From contig OZ252279.1 of NCBI GenBank assembly GCA_965250005.1, forward strand, positions 180,001-212,000: a DNA stretch of 32,000 bases, read 5' to 3'. A program made the translations under genes and the position numbers. Below the pieces are notes generated by a model that saw nothing but the letters and a program-made list of their open reading frames with translations, had not been told where the DNA came from and made no database searches. Source of the stretch: Demequinaceae bacterium (lineage in GTDB: Bacteria > Actinomycetota > Actinomycetes > Actinomycetales > Demequinaceae). How positions within the stretch are numbered: position 1 is the first letter of the stretch; each line of letters starts with the position of its first letter. This document shows, piece after piece, positions 17,539 through 27,450 of the stretch.

Positions 17539-18405
17539 ATGATGAAGACCGTGAAGATCGCGGCTGTAGCTGCAGCGGCAACGCTGACGCTAGCCGCGTG
17601 TTCATCTACAGGAACCGGAGTGTCGGACGTTGATCCTGAGTCCTTCGCTGACGGATCGACCATGCGGGCTTTAGCCGAAGCAGGTGCGGTCACCATCGGC
17701 ACCAAGTTCGACCAGCCACTATTCGGCCTGGTCGGTCCCGATGGCGTGCCCGAGGGCTTCGACGTCGAAATCGGCAAGATCATCGCCGGTGAACTCGGCA
17801 TCGCTGCCGAAGACATCACGTGGGTTGAGACCGTGTCTGCCAACCGCGAACCCTTCATTGAGGGTGAACAGGTGGACTTCGTGGTTGCGACGTACACGAT
17901 CAACGACAAGCGCAAGGACATCATCTCCTTCGCTGGCCCTTACTACAACGCAGGTCAGGCACTGATGACGCTGGATTCAAACAGCGACATCACGGGCCCG
18001 GATGACCTCGACGGTAAGAACGTCTGCTCGGTTGAGGGCTCGACGCCCGCAGCCAACATTGCGGACAACTACCCGGATTCGAACCTCGTGCTGTTTGCCG
18101 CGTACTCCGATTGCTTGGAGCCGCTCCGCAACGGTGAGGTCGACGTCGTCACCACTGACAACGTGATCCTCGCGGGTTACGTTGACCAGTCCGACGGCGA
18201 GTTCAAGGTTGTTGGTGAGCCTTTCACCGAGGAGCCGTACGGCATCGGTGTTCTGCGCAATGATGACGACTTCCGCGACTGGATCAACGACGTCCTCGAA
18301 GAGATCTACGAGGATGGCCGTTGGGAGAAGGCATGGAACGACACCGCCGGTGAAGTACTGCCGCTGGCTGTTGCCCCTGCTGTCGATCGCTACGAAGTTA
18401 GCTAA
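17539..18405 (+). CDS. gluB: Amino-acid ABC transporter substrate-binding lipoprotein
   Basis: SD GAAGGAGA precedes the ATG at 17539, and the lipobox is LTLAAC. It has an SBP family 3-like sequence. The track start at 17485 overlaps the gluA stop region and lacks an SD. Confidence 0.8.
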   Translation: MMKTVKIAAVAAAATLTLAACSSTGTGVSDVDPESFADGSTMRALAEAGAVTIGTKFDQPLFGLVGPDGVPEGFDVEIGKIIAGELGIAAEDITWVETVSANREPFIEGEQVDFVVATYTINDKRKDIISFAGPYYNAGQALMTLDSNSDITGPDDLDGKNVCSVEGSTPAANIADNYPDSNLVLFAAYSDCLEPLRNGEVDVVTTDNVILAGYVDQSDGEFKVVGEPFTEEPYGIGVLRNDDDFRDWINDVLEEIYEDGRWEKAWNDTAGEVLPLAVAPAVDRYEVS

Positions 18406-18414
18406 TTGAGGATG

Positions 18415-18444
18415 GCGGGCCCGCGGCTGATGCCGCGGGCCCGC
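18415..18444 (+). terminator. Perfect 13-bp GC-rich hairpin between gluB and gluC (intra-operon attenuator or terminator candidate)
   Basis: GCGGGCCCGCGGC-TGAT-GCCGCGGGCCCGC starts 10 nt after the gluB stop and is followed by TTGCCCC. The gluC SD and GTG follow 20-27 nt later. Confidence 0.5.
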
Positions 18445-18470
18445 TTGCCCCTCAGGCAAAGGAGCTAAGC

Positions 18471-19199
18471 GTGTTACCCCTAAAGATTGTCGACCCCGGT
18501 GTCACCGACTACGACGCCGTGTACTCAGTACCGGGGTTGCTATGGCAGGGATTCTTGTCGACGCTGCTCATCGCTGTGGTCGCAGGAGTGATCTCGCTCA
18601 TATGGGGAACAATCCTGGGTGCGTTCCGGGTTTCGCCCATCGGCCCGCTGCGCACGTTCGGCACCGCATACGTGACTATCGTGCGCAACTCGCCCCTTAC
18701 CCTGATCTTTCTTTTTCTCGGGGGCACACTCTCGGCGATGTTCGGGATCGTTATCCCCATTTCAAGGAACACCTACGCTGGAATCACCATCAACAACGGC
18801 ATCATTTTCGCCATCGTCGCGCTGAGCTTGTACACGGCTACGTTCGTGTGTGAGGTCGTGCGCTCAGGCGTCAACTCGGTGGAGGTAGGGCAGGCAGAGG
18901 CCGCCCGCTCGATCGGGCTCACATTTGTTCAGACTCTCAGCCACGTCGTGATGCCGCAAGCATTCCGCTCCGTCGTGCCGCCCCTCATCAATGTCTACGT
19001 CGCCCACGTGAAAAACACGTCAGTTGCCGCAGGATTCGCCGCCACAGAGCTCGTCGCTGTCGCGAACCGACTCGGCAACCAAGAGCCACAAGCTGTCGTC
19101 TTGTTATTCGCTGGTGTGGGAGCGCTGTACCTTGCCATCACGATTCCCATGGGCGTCGCGGCCGGACGCCTCGAGCGGAAGGTGGCGATCGCCCGATGA
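18471..19199 (+). CDS. gluC: Amino-acid ABC transporter permease
   Basis: GTG start with SD AGGAG. It is a multi-TM protein with the EAA-like loop VEVGQAEAARSIGLTFVQTL. Confidence 0.8.
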   Translation: MLPLKIVDPGVTDYDAVYSVPGLLWQGFLSTLLIAVVAGVISLIWGTILGAFRVSPIGPLRTFGTAYVTIVRNSPLTLIFLFLGGTLSAMFGIVIPISRNTYAGITINNGIIFAIVALSLYTATFVCEVVRSGVNSVEVGQAEAARSIGLTFVQTLSHVVMPQAFRSVVPPLINVYVAHVKNTSVAAGFAATELVAVANRLGNQEPQAVVLLFAGVGALYLAITIPMGVAAGRLERKVAIAR

Positions 19200-20131
19200 G
19201 CCACAACGTCACCCTCTACGATCACCCCGGACCCAAGGCTAAGCGCCGCGATGTCATCTACAACGTCGTGTTTTCGGCCCTGTTCATTGGGATCATCGCA
19301 TGGGCTGGCAAGACAGCCTACGACCGCGGGATCTTTGACGACCGCTGGCTTGTTCTGTGGGACCCTGAGGGCCGGTACACCGGCGGGGACGTGTGGTGGG
19401 GTCTGTTCCGTGGAGTGTGGGCTACTCTCAAGCCTGTTTTCATTTCTGTACCGTTTGTGGCTGTGCTTGCGACGGGCCTGACAGTCATGCGCGGAGCACG
19501 AGCGTGGGTACTGCGACTTCCCGCCCGATGGCTCACTGAGGTCTTCCGCGGTATCCCCGTGCTGCTCACCATGCTGTTCGGTGTTCTCGCGCTCGACCTG
19601 GAGCCTATTTGGGCCGTCGTCCTCGGTTTGGTTGTATACAACACCGCCGTCGTGGCCGAGATTCTGCGAGCGGGAATCGCCGCGCTCCCGTCGGGCCAGC
19701 GCGAGGCGGGCCTCTCGATCGGCATGTCGCCATTCTGGACCTTGATCAGGATTCAGATGCCGCAAGCTGTGCGTATCATGCTTCCCGCGCTCGTGAGCCA
19801 GATTGTTGTCCTGCTCAAGGACTCGTCGCTTGGGTTCATCATCGGGTACTCCGAGCTCCTGAACTCGATCAAGCAGCAAACCAACTTTTTCGGTGAGGTC
19901 ACGAAGGTCCCCTATGTGCTCGCCGGCGCTACGCTCTACATCCTTCTTAACATGGGCGTGTCAAGGCTCGCGCACGTCATCGAGGACAGGCTCGGGCGCG
20001 CAAGGCGATCGCCAACCAACCTGGGTGTTTCGCCTGGCGCGCCGATGGGTGCCAAGCCGCCAGCAACGGCCGGTGGCATTGAAGGCGTGATTCGAACCGG
20101 GAAGCGCACGCGCGGCAATCCGGCAGGGTAG
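19196..20131 (+). CDS. gluD: Amino-acid ABC transporter permease, with a roughly 40-aa basic C-terminal tail
   Basis: The start overlaps the gluC stop as ATGA. The EAA-like loop reads LPSGQREAGLSIGMSPFWTL. Confidence 0.8.
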   Translation: MSHNVTLYDHPGPKAKRRDVIYNVVFSALFIGIIAWAGKTAYDRGIFDDRWLVLWDPEGRYTGGDVWWGLFRGVWATLKPVFISVPFVAVLATGLTVMRGARAWVLRLPARWLTEVFRGIPVLLTMLFGVLALDLEPIWAVVLGLVVYNTAVVAEILRAGIAALPSGQREAGLSIGMSPFWTLIRIQMPQAVRIMLPALVSQIVVLLKDSSLGFIIGYSELLNSIKQQTNFFGEVTKVPYVLAGATLYILLNMGVSRLAHVIEDRLGRARRSPTNLGVSPGAPMGAKPPATAGGIEGVIRTGKRTRGNPAG

Positions 20132-20289
20132 TTCCGCCGCGTTGTCGCCTGGCGCGCCGACGGCTTCGAGACGTCGGGTGCAAGTAGTGGAGGCTGTTAG
20201 TATTGGCGTCGCCGTACATCGGCCGCGGATGGTTTTGCCCCGGAGAACAGGCCCGGGCGCGCCGCGCAACGAGACACGAGGAGAAATCA

Positions 20290-20559
20290 GTGCCGCTCGA
20301 ATCAGCAGTGAAGAAGTCCATCATGGAGGAGTACGCAACCTCCAAGGGCGACACCGGATCCCCCGAGGTCCAGGTTGCCCTGCTGTCCCAGCGAATCTCG
20401 GATCTGACCGAGCACCTCCAGGACCACCAGCACGACCATCACTCGCGTCGCGGCCTGCTCCTTCTGGTCGGTCAACGCCGCCGACTGCTTGGCTACCTTC
20501 AGAAAATAGACATCGAGCGGTACCGCAAGCTCATCGAGCGCCTCGGTCTGCGCCGCTAG
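20290..20559 (+). CDS. rpsO: 30S ribosomal protein S15
   Basis: The GTG at 20290 with SD GAGGAGA gives the canonical 89-aa S15 ([24 protein letters not shown]...HHSRRGLL). The track start at 20203 adds a spurious extension. Confidence 0.9.
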   Translation: MPLESAVKKSIMEEYATSKGDTGSPEVQVALLSQRISDLTEHLQDHQHDHHSRRGLLLLVGQRRRLLGYLQKIDIERYRKLIERLGLRR

Positions 20560-20928
20560 CGCGGCCGGGTTTTCTGGTTGGACGATGTCGCCCGACCATT
20601 CGCGATCGGGGATAACCACGTCGAGGTGATCGACGTACAATATGGCGTTGTCCCACACGTTGGGCCCTGCGGTGGAGCGGTCGCGCGCCGATCGTCGCGT
20701 ACTGCAGAATCCGGACGCCGCTCTGATAGCATTAACGCGGTCTCCCGGGCTCTCCGGTGAGGCAATACACAATCACACATCTCGCAGGCTGGCTGAACGC
20801 TGATCCTCGGTGGTGATGGGCGGAACCCGTGCAGGGCACGGAGTTCTGAGCATTTCGACTGACGATCAGTGGAGGGCAACCGCCCCACGTTCGTGCCTGC
20901 CTGCTCCAATGCAAGGAGCACAGACCTC
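20560..20928 (+). promoter_or_regulatory. Long rpsO-pnp intergenic region or pnp 5' leader with several stem-loops
   Basis: This is 369 nt without a supported CDS. Examples are GCCGC-TAGC-GCGGC followed by GGGTTTT just after the rpsO stop, CGTCGA-GGTGA-TCGACG (20619-20635), and GAACCCGTGC-AGG-GCACGGAGTTC (20824-20846). Confidence 0.4.
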
Positions 20929-23127
20929 ATGGAAGGTCCTGAAATCCAATTCGCCGAGGCCGTTATTGATAACGGTAGTTTCGGCAAGCGCACCGTGCGT
21001 TTCGAAACTGGCCGTCTGGCCAAGCAGGCTGCCGGCACCGCCGTGGCCTACCTTGACGGCGAGACCATGTTGCTTTCGGCAACGACCGCCGGCAAGCACC
21101 CGCGCGACGGGTTCGACTTCTTCCCCCTCACGGTGGACGTTGAAGAGCGCTCGTACGCGGCCGGAAAAATACCCGGTTCGTTCTTCCGGCGCGAAGGCCG
21201 TCCGTCCACGGACGCCATCCTCACGTGCCGACTGATCGACCGCCCGTTGCGCCCCACGTTCATTTCGGGCCTTCGCAACGAGGTTCAGGTTGTCATCACC
21301 GTGCTGTCGATTAACCCCGACGATTCGTACGACACCCTGGCCATCAACGCAGCGTCGATGTCCACGCAGCTCTCGGGCCTGCCCTTCTCTGGCCCCATTG
21401 GCGCGGTACGCATCGCGCTCGTCGACGGCCAGTGGGTCGCCTTCCCCAAGTACTCGCAGAAGGAGCGCGCCGTCTTCGACATGGTCGTTGCCGGACGCAT
21501 TGCGGGTGACGACGTCGCCATCATGATGGTCGAGGCTGAGGCCACCGACGATTCCTTCAACCTCATTTCCGAGGGTGCTCAGGCTCCCACCGAGTCCGTA
21601 GTTGCCGAAGGTCTCGAGGCCGCTAAGCCGTTCCTCAAGGCTCTGTGCGAGGCTCAGGTCGAGCTCGCTAAGAAGTCTGCCAAGGAAGTCAAGGACTTCC
21701 CGCGCTTCCTCGACTACCAGGACGACGTTCTCGAAGCAGTCGCCAAGCAGTCGGAGACCGACCTCACGGCCGCTCTGAAGATTGCCGACAAGCAGGAGCG
21801 CGAGACCACTCTCGATGGCATCAAGGAAGCCGCACATGCGGCGCTTGACGCACAGTTTGAGGGTCGCGAGAAGGAAATCTCTGCCGCGGTTCGCGCCGTG
21901 ACAAAGAAGACCATCCGCCAGCGCATCCTGACCGAGGGCGTCCGCATCGACGGCCGTGGACTGGCGGACATCCGCAGCGTCTCCGCCGAGACCGGCGTCA
22001 TTCCCCGTGCCCACGGAAGCGCGATCTTTGAGCGCGGCGAAACCCAGATCATGGGTGTCACCACGCTCAACATGCTCAAGTTGGAGCAGCAGATCGACTC
22101 CTTTAACCCGGAGAAGAAGAAGCGCTACATGCACCACTACAACTTCCCGCCGTACTCGGTGGGAGAGACGGGTCGTGTGGGCTCCCCTAAGCGTCGCGAG
22201 ATCGGTCACGGTGCGCTCGCTGAGCGTGCCATCATGCCGGTCCTGCCAAGCCGCGAGGACTTCCCGTACGCCATCCGCCAAGTCTCTGAGGCGCTTGGCT
22301 CTAACGGCTCGACGTCCATGGGCTCTGTTTGTGCCTCCACCCTTGGCCTGCTAAACGCCGGAGTGCCGTTGCGCGCTCCCGTCGCCGGTATCGCCATGGG
22401 CCTCGTCTCCGACACCGTCGACGGCGAGACCAAGTACGCGGCTCTGACCGACATCCTCGGTGCGGAAGATGCGTTCGGCGACATGGACTTCAAGGTCGCC
22501 GGTACATCGGAGTTCATCACGGCCATCCAGCTCGACACCAAGCTCGACGGCATTCCTGCCTCGGTGCTTGCTGGCGCGCTCGATCAGGCCAAGGATGCGC
22601 GTACGCACATCCTCGGCATCATGGCTGAGGCAATCTCTGAGCCCGACGAGATGAGCGAGTTCGCGCCCCGCGTGATCTCGGTTCGCGTTCCCGTCGACAA
22701 GATCGGTGAGGTCATTGGCCCGAAGGGCAAGATGATCAACCAGATCCAGGACGACACAGGTGCTGACATCTCGATCGAGGACGACGGTACCGTGTTCATC
22801 GGCGCGACGGACGGCCCTTCGGCCGACGCCGCACGTGACGCGATCAACGCCATCGCCAACCCGCACGTGCCCGAGGTAGGTGAGCGCTTCGTTGGAACGG
22901 TCGTCAAGACCGTCGCCTTCGGTGCATTCGTCTCGCTCGCGCCCGGCACTGACGGTCTGCTGCACATCTCGCAGATCCGCAAGCTGGTCGGTGGCAAGCG
23001 CGTGGAGAACGTCGAAGACGTGCTCTCTGTTGGCCAGAAGGTCCAGGTTCAGATCGGCGAGGTCGACCCGCGCGGCAAACTCTCCCTTGAGGTCGTCGAA
23101 GACGGCACCGAGGGCGGCGACGCTTAA
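20929..23127 (+). CDS. pnp: Polyribonucleotide nucleotidyltransferase (PNPase)
   Basis: The ATG at 20929 has SD AAGGAG. It has two RNase PH domains, a KH domain ([16 protein letters not shown]) and an S1 domain ([15 protein letters not shown]). The track start at 20869 was rejected. Confidence 0.92.
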   Translation: MEGPEIQFAEAVIDNGSFGKRTVRFETGRLAKQAAGTAVAYLDGETMLLSATTAGKHPRDGFDFFPLTVDVEERSYAAGKIPGSFFRREGRPSTDAILTCRLIDRPLRPTFISGLRNEVQVVITVLSINPDDSYDTLAINAASMSTQLSGLPFSGPIGAVRIALVDGQWVAFPKYSQKERAVFDMVVAGRIAGDDVAIMMVEAEATDDSFNLISEGAQAPTESVVAEGLEAAKPFLKALCEAQVELAKKSAKEVKDFPRFLDYQDDVLEAVAKQSETDLTAALKIADKQERETTLDGIKEAAHAALDAQFEGREKEISAAVRAVTKKTIRQRILTEGVRIDGRGLADIRSVSAETGVIPRAHGSAIFERGETQIMGVTTLNMLKLEQQIDSFNPEKKKRYMHHYNFPPYSVGETGRVGSPKRREIGHGALAERAIMPVLPSREDFPYAIRQVSEALGSNGSTSMGSVCASTLGLLNAGVPLRAPVAGIAMGLVSDTVDGETKYAALTDILGAEDAFGDMDFKVAGTSEFITAIQLDTKLDGIPASVLAGALDQAKDARTHILGIMAEAISEPDEMSEFAPRVISVRVPVDKIGEVIGPKGKMINQIQDDTGADISIEDDGTVFIGATDGPSADAARDAINAIANPHVPEVGERFVGTVVKTVAFGAFVSLAPGTDGLLHISQIRKLVGGKRVENVEDVLSVGQKVQVQIGEVDPRGKLSLEVVEDGTEGGDA

Positions 23128-23153
23128 GTAGTCTCCGCGGGCCTTGCGTCCGC

Positions 23154-23198
23154 AACGCAACGGCGGCGGTCCCCAGTGGGGGCCGCCGCCGTTGCGTT
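23154..23198. terminator. Long hairpin between convergent genes (candidate bidirectional terminator)
   Basis: AACGCAACGGCGGCGGTCCCC-AGT-GGGGGCCGCCGCCGTTGCGTT has 21-nt arms with one G.U or mismatch position. It lies 27 nt after the pnp stop and 50 nt after the stop of the minus-strand gene. There is no clear U-tract. Confidence 0.55.
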
Positions 23199-23248
23199 AT
23201 CCCCCACAGACCTCGTGGCGAATCAACAGGTGTCGTGTCTCGCGTCCG

Positions 23249-25162
23249 CTACAGGTACATCGGCGTGAGCGCCTCGTAGTCCTCGACGGTGCCGTCCCGC
23301 AGGCAGACCTCGATGATCTGGCGGCCTAGCGGGTCCAGCTCGTCCGTGAGGAACTGCTGGAGCTCGCTCTTGAAGAAGCCGGTCAGGATCGCGGCGCCAG
23401 CGTCGTAGGCGGCGTCGCCCACCTGGGACTGCTGGTCTGGCATGAGGAGCGTGCGGCGCACCGGCTGTCCGTCGAGCACGAGCTCCTTGGGCGTATACCC
23501 GAACAAAGAGCAGCGTGCGGGCGTGAGGAAGTCGGCGCGCATCCGCCCGCCACCACGGCGGGCCAGCCATTCGCGCGTGAGCCACTCGGCAGAGAAGCCC
23601 ACCTTGTACGCGCCGATGTGCTGGTTGGGCGTGAGGACGTAGCGCGTGCGCGGGTAGGCCATGAGTTGCTTGAGCTGCATGTTTGCCGCGGACACCTTGG
23701 TGCCGGTCGAGAACGGCCAGAACGAGCCGACGCCCTCCGAGACCATCCCGCCGTGCTCCAACTTCTCCACCGCATCCGCGCTCTCGCCGATCGAGGGGTT
23801 TTTGTCTCCGCGCGGGGCGATGAGTCTCCACAGCCAGGCAATGGACGGTGGGACGAAGTGCGTTATGCCCATGATCCCGTAGGTGGGGTTGTCGGATGTG
23901 CACGGCGGCATCCGCACACCAAACGTGCGGACGTCCACGGGCTCGGGCTCGCTGATCACGCCGCGCACCATCGAGCGGGGCAGCACGACCCGTGGATTCG
24001 GGCAGGGCTCGCCGTTGGAATCGGGGGTGTGCTCCCATGGCAGTGCGGTCGCGTCCGGAACGCCTTCGACGTTGAAGAACACGAGCGGCTCGTCGGGGTG
24101 GATCACTGCTCGCTCAAAGTGAAAGTCCTCGCCGTACTCTTGAAGGTTGTCGACCCTCACGAACCAGCCGTCCTCGGCATCGGCGACAACCATGCGGCCG
24201 TCGCCGGTCTGCAGATCGGGGTGGCACAGCGTCATGTCGTCCGTGACTGCCGCAAGCGCAGACGTCTCGTTGAGGGTGATGTGGTACGGCTCATTCGTGA
24301 CCACGTTCATGCCCAGCAGGATGCGGCCGTCGTGCTCGCGGCGCAGGTCTTGGTACATCTCGGACTTGCCGCCGCCCGAGGCGCCCTCGTGCATGATGAC
24401 GGTTTCGTTGTCGTAAGGGGTGGTGACGCGTACCGCGGATGCGTGGGCGGTGAGCCAGCCTTCGCTTTCGCCGATGTCGAGAAGGACGGAGAACACGCCC
24501 TTCTTGGCGCTCGGGCCTGGATACAGGTTGTACGCGAAAATCTCGTGGAGCGTCTCGGTGCGGTCGTGAACGACCACCTGCTTGCCGTCAAAGTGGGTGT
24601 GACGAAACGGCGGGGCGACGTACAGAATCGAGCGGGGTGAAAAATCGCCGAGCTCCTCTAGCGTCACCCAGCCCTGCAGGTCCACCAGCGCGACGGCGAA
24701 GAACGCGGAGTTGGCGGGAACGATAGCGAGCGAAGGCGAGCCGTAAGTGAGGCCGCCAGCCTTGAATGGCACGACTACCAGCTCTTGCGAGCCGAGCCAG
24801 TCGAGCGTCTCCTGCCTGACGGGGGCGAAGTCGGACCCGAACGCGTCGCGGTAGCGGGTCTTGTTCGTGGGGCGGTCGTCGGCGATGTGCATGCAGCGTG
24901 GGTCGCGACGGCGCATGTAGTCCTCGGGATAGTTGACGGCCATACCGTTGCGGCATCTCGTTACCGTGGCTTCGGTGATCGTGTCGCCGTTCGCTAGGTA
25001 GTCGACCGAGAACACGGGCCCACCCTGGGGGCCAAGCGCGATCTCGTAGAGTTCCGCGCGCGTTCTGGGAACGATGACGCGCGGGCTTGCCTCAAGGGCG
25101 GCGCGCACCTCCGGCGCGAGTTCGACTGCATCGAGCGCGGAAAGGGTTGTCGCGGTACTCAA
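23249..25162 (-). CDS. Uncharacterised 637-aa P-loop protein with a PEP-carboxykinase-like motif series; function unknown
   Basis: The TTG start at 25162 has SD GAGGAGG 5-6 nt upstream. The motif order is PGPSAKKGVFSVLL ... TAHASA ... HEGASGGGKSE (24359-24385) ... VTDDM, which parallels ATP-PEPCK GGEMKKGMFSMMNYLL ... MHCSAN ... GLSGTGKTT ... GDDEHGW (recalled from memory). The reading frame is unambiguous. Confidence 0.8.
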   Translation of the reverse strand: MSTATTLSALDAVELAPEVRAALEASPRVIVPRTRAELYEIALGPQGGPVFSVDYLANGDTITEATVTRCRNGMAVNYPEDYMRRRDPRCMHIADDRPTNKTRYRDAFGSDFAPVRQETLDWLGSQELVVVPFKAGGLTYGSPSLAIVPANSAFFAVALVDLQGWVTLEELGDFSPRSILYVAPPFRHTHFDGKQVVVHDRTETLHEIFAYNLYPGPSAKKGVFSVLLDIGESEGWLTAHASAVRVTTPYDNETVIMHEGASGGGKSEMYQDLRREHDGRILLGMNVVTNEPYHITLNETSALAAVTDDMTLCHPDLQTGDGRMVVADAEDGWFVRVDNLQEYGEDFHFERAVIHPDEPLVFFNVEGVPDATALPWEHTPDSNGEPCPNPRVVLPRSMVRGVISEPEPVDVRTFGVRMPPCTSDNPTYGIMGITHFVPPSIAWLWRLIAPRGDKNPSIGESADAVEKLEHGGMVSEGVGSFWPFSTGTKVSAANMQLKQLMAYPRTRYVLTPNQHIGAYKVGFSAEWLTREWLARRGGGRMRADFLTPARCSLFGYTPKELVLDGQPVRRTLLMPDQQSQVGDAAYDAGAAILTGFFKSELQQFLTDELDPLGRQIIEVCLRDGTVEDYEALTPMYL

Positions 25163-25300
25163 CGTGCCTCCTCATTTGGGCGCGCGCCAAAACGCGTCGC
25201 CGTGGGACTTTGCCTAGAGTTTGCCGTGTCTCGACGATTTTTACCAGGACGTACGTCTCGAACGCCTCCCCGGCGTGTCGTGGGCGGCACTGGGTGCGTC

Positions 25301-25306
25301 TAGTCT
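25301..25306 (+). promoter_or_regulatory. Putative -10 element (TAGTCT) for a leaderless M16-peptidase transcript
   Basis: TAGTCT lies 6 nt upstream of the ATG at 25313, with no SD. Confidence 0.35.
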
Positions 25307-25312
25307 GAGCGC

Positions 25313-26632
25313 ATGCCACACTCACTTTCCTTGGTTGAATCCGGCGCGGCCGGTAGCGAACTCAGCGTCGAACAGGATCACGGCGCGGTCATCCGGCGCA
25401 GTGTGCTTTCAGGAGGGGTTCGAGTGCTGACCGAGCACATTCCGGGGATGCGCAGCGCAACCATCGGCGCGTGGATTGGCGTCGGTTCTCGCGACGAGAC
25501 GCCCGAGCACGCGGGCTCCACGCACTTCCTTGAGCACCTGCTGTTCAAGGGAACGACTAAGCGCGATTCGCTCGAGATTGCGGAGACCTTCGACCGCGTG
25601 GGTGGCGAGTCCAACGCCATTACTGCGAAGGAATTCACGTGCTACTACGCGCGGGTGCTTGACGCGGATGCGGGCATGGCAGTGGAAGTCATCCTGGACA
25701 TGGTCACCTCCGCTGTGCTCGACGCAGACGAGTTCGAGACCGAGCGCGGCGTCATCCTCGAGGAACTCGCGATGAATGACGATGACCCGTCGGACGTCGC
25801 CCACGAACGCTTTGCTCAAGCCGTGCTGGGTGGCCACCCGCTTGGCCGGCCCATCGGCGGTACTCCAGACATCATCAAAGCGGTTCCGCGCAGCGCGGTT
25901 CTGGAGCACTACCGCGACAACTACATTTCGCCGACGCTCGTGGTGACTGCCGCGGGTGGAATCGAGCACGAGCAGGTGTGCGCATGGGTCACCGACGCGC
26001 TCGCCGCGGGCGGCTGGGACCAGGACGCGGGCGCGGTGCCCGCCGCCCGGCGCGACACCGTCGCGGCTGTTGAGGCCGCTACCGTCCCCGAAGTAGTCGT
26101 GGCCCGCGAGATCGAGCAGGCTCACATCGTGCTGGGTGCGCGAGGCTTCCGCGCGACTGACGAGTCCCGCGCGGCACTGTCCGTTTACAACGCGATTCTG
26201 GGGGGCGGCATGTCGTCGCGCCTCTTCCAGGAGATCCGCGAGAAGCGCGGACTCGCGTACTCGGTCTACTCTTTTGGCTCGCCTAACGCGGAGACCGGGC
26301 TGTTCGGCATGTACGGTGCGTGCGCGCCCGCGAACGCAGATCAGGTCACGGCGCTGTTGGCCGGCGAGATGGAGCGCATGGCCGAGGGTGTCTCGGAGGA
26401 CGAGCTCGCTCGCGCTAAAGGCCAGTTCGCAGGCGCCACCGTGCTGCGGCTTGAGGACTCGTACTCGCGCATGTCCCGCTTGGGACGCGCAGAGCTCGTC
26501 ATTGGTGAACTCTGGAGCATCGGCGAAGCCCTTGACCAGGTCCGTGCCGTCACGGCGGAGGACGTGACCGCTGTTGCGACGGAACTCGCGAGCCGCGATC
26601 GATCAACGGTCCGGGTGGGCCCTCAGCGGTAG
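25313..26632 (+). CDS. M16 (pitrilysin) family zinc peptidase
   Basis: The inverted zinc motif HFLEHLLFKGT (HxxEH) and a downstream Glu region (GVILEE) are present. It occupies the canonical actinobacterial position upstream of dapB. Confidence 0.85.
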   Translation: MPHSLSLVESGAAGSELSVEQDHGAVIRRSVLSGGVRVLTEHIPGMRSATIGAWIGVGSRDETPEHAGSTHFLEHLLFKGTTKRDSLEIAETFDRVGGESNAITAKEFTCYYARVLDADAGMAVEVILDMVTSAVLDADEFETERGVILEELAMNDDDPSDVAHERFAQAVLGGHPLGRPIGGTPDIIKAVPRSAVLEHYRDNYISPTLVVTAAGGIEHEQVCAWVTDALAAGGWDQDAGAVPAARRDTVAAVEAATVPEVVVAREIEQAHIVLGARGFRATDESRAALSVYNAILGGGMSSRLFQEIREKRGLAYSVYSFGSPNAETGLFGMYGACAPANADQVTALLAGEMERMAEGVSEDELARAKGQFAGATVLRLEDSYSRMSRLGRAELVIGELWSIGEALDQVRAVTAEDVTAVATELASRDRSTVRVGPQR

Positions 26633-26692
26633 TATTCGGCCGCCGTTGCCGCGCTTTGCCGCCCGCTGGAGGCGTGGCTCCGGGCAACTGCG

Positions 26693-27448
<756 letters not shown>

Positions 27449-27450
27449 CG

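Noticed and set aside
20578-20760. A 60-codon plus-strand ORF (TTG start) in the rpsO-pnp spacer
   Set aside because: It has no SD, a non-ATG start and an Arg/Ser-rich tail. I treated it as part of the pnp leader, and the possible gene-remnant reading is noted in the findings.
20866-22281. A 471-aa ORF on the minus strand
   Set aside because: It is antisense to pnp, whose frame is unambiguous (RNase PH, KH and S1 motifs). It is a shadow ORF.
23223-24640. A 271-aa minus-strand ORF, a 340-aa plus-strand ORF and several smaller ORFs
   Set aside because: They are alternative-frame or antisense to the 637-aa ORF. That ORF has the SD, ordinary amino-acid composition and the P-loop motif.
25163-25312. 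Small Arg-rich ORFs (73-77 aa, both strands) and short palindromes (GGCGCGCGCC; GACGTACGTC at 25248-25257) in the divergent region between the PEPCK-like gene and the M16 peptidase
   Set aside because: The ORFs have no SD and an implausible composition. The 10-nt palindromes are too short in GC-rich DNA to call as operators without comparative data.
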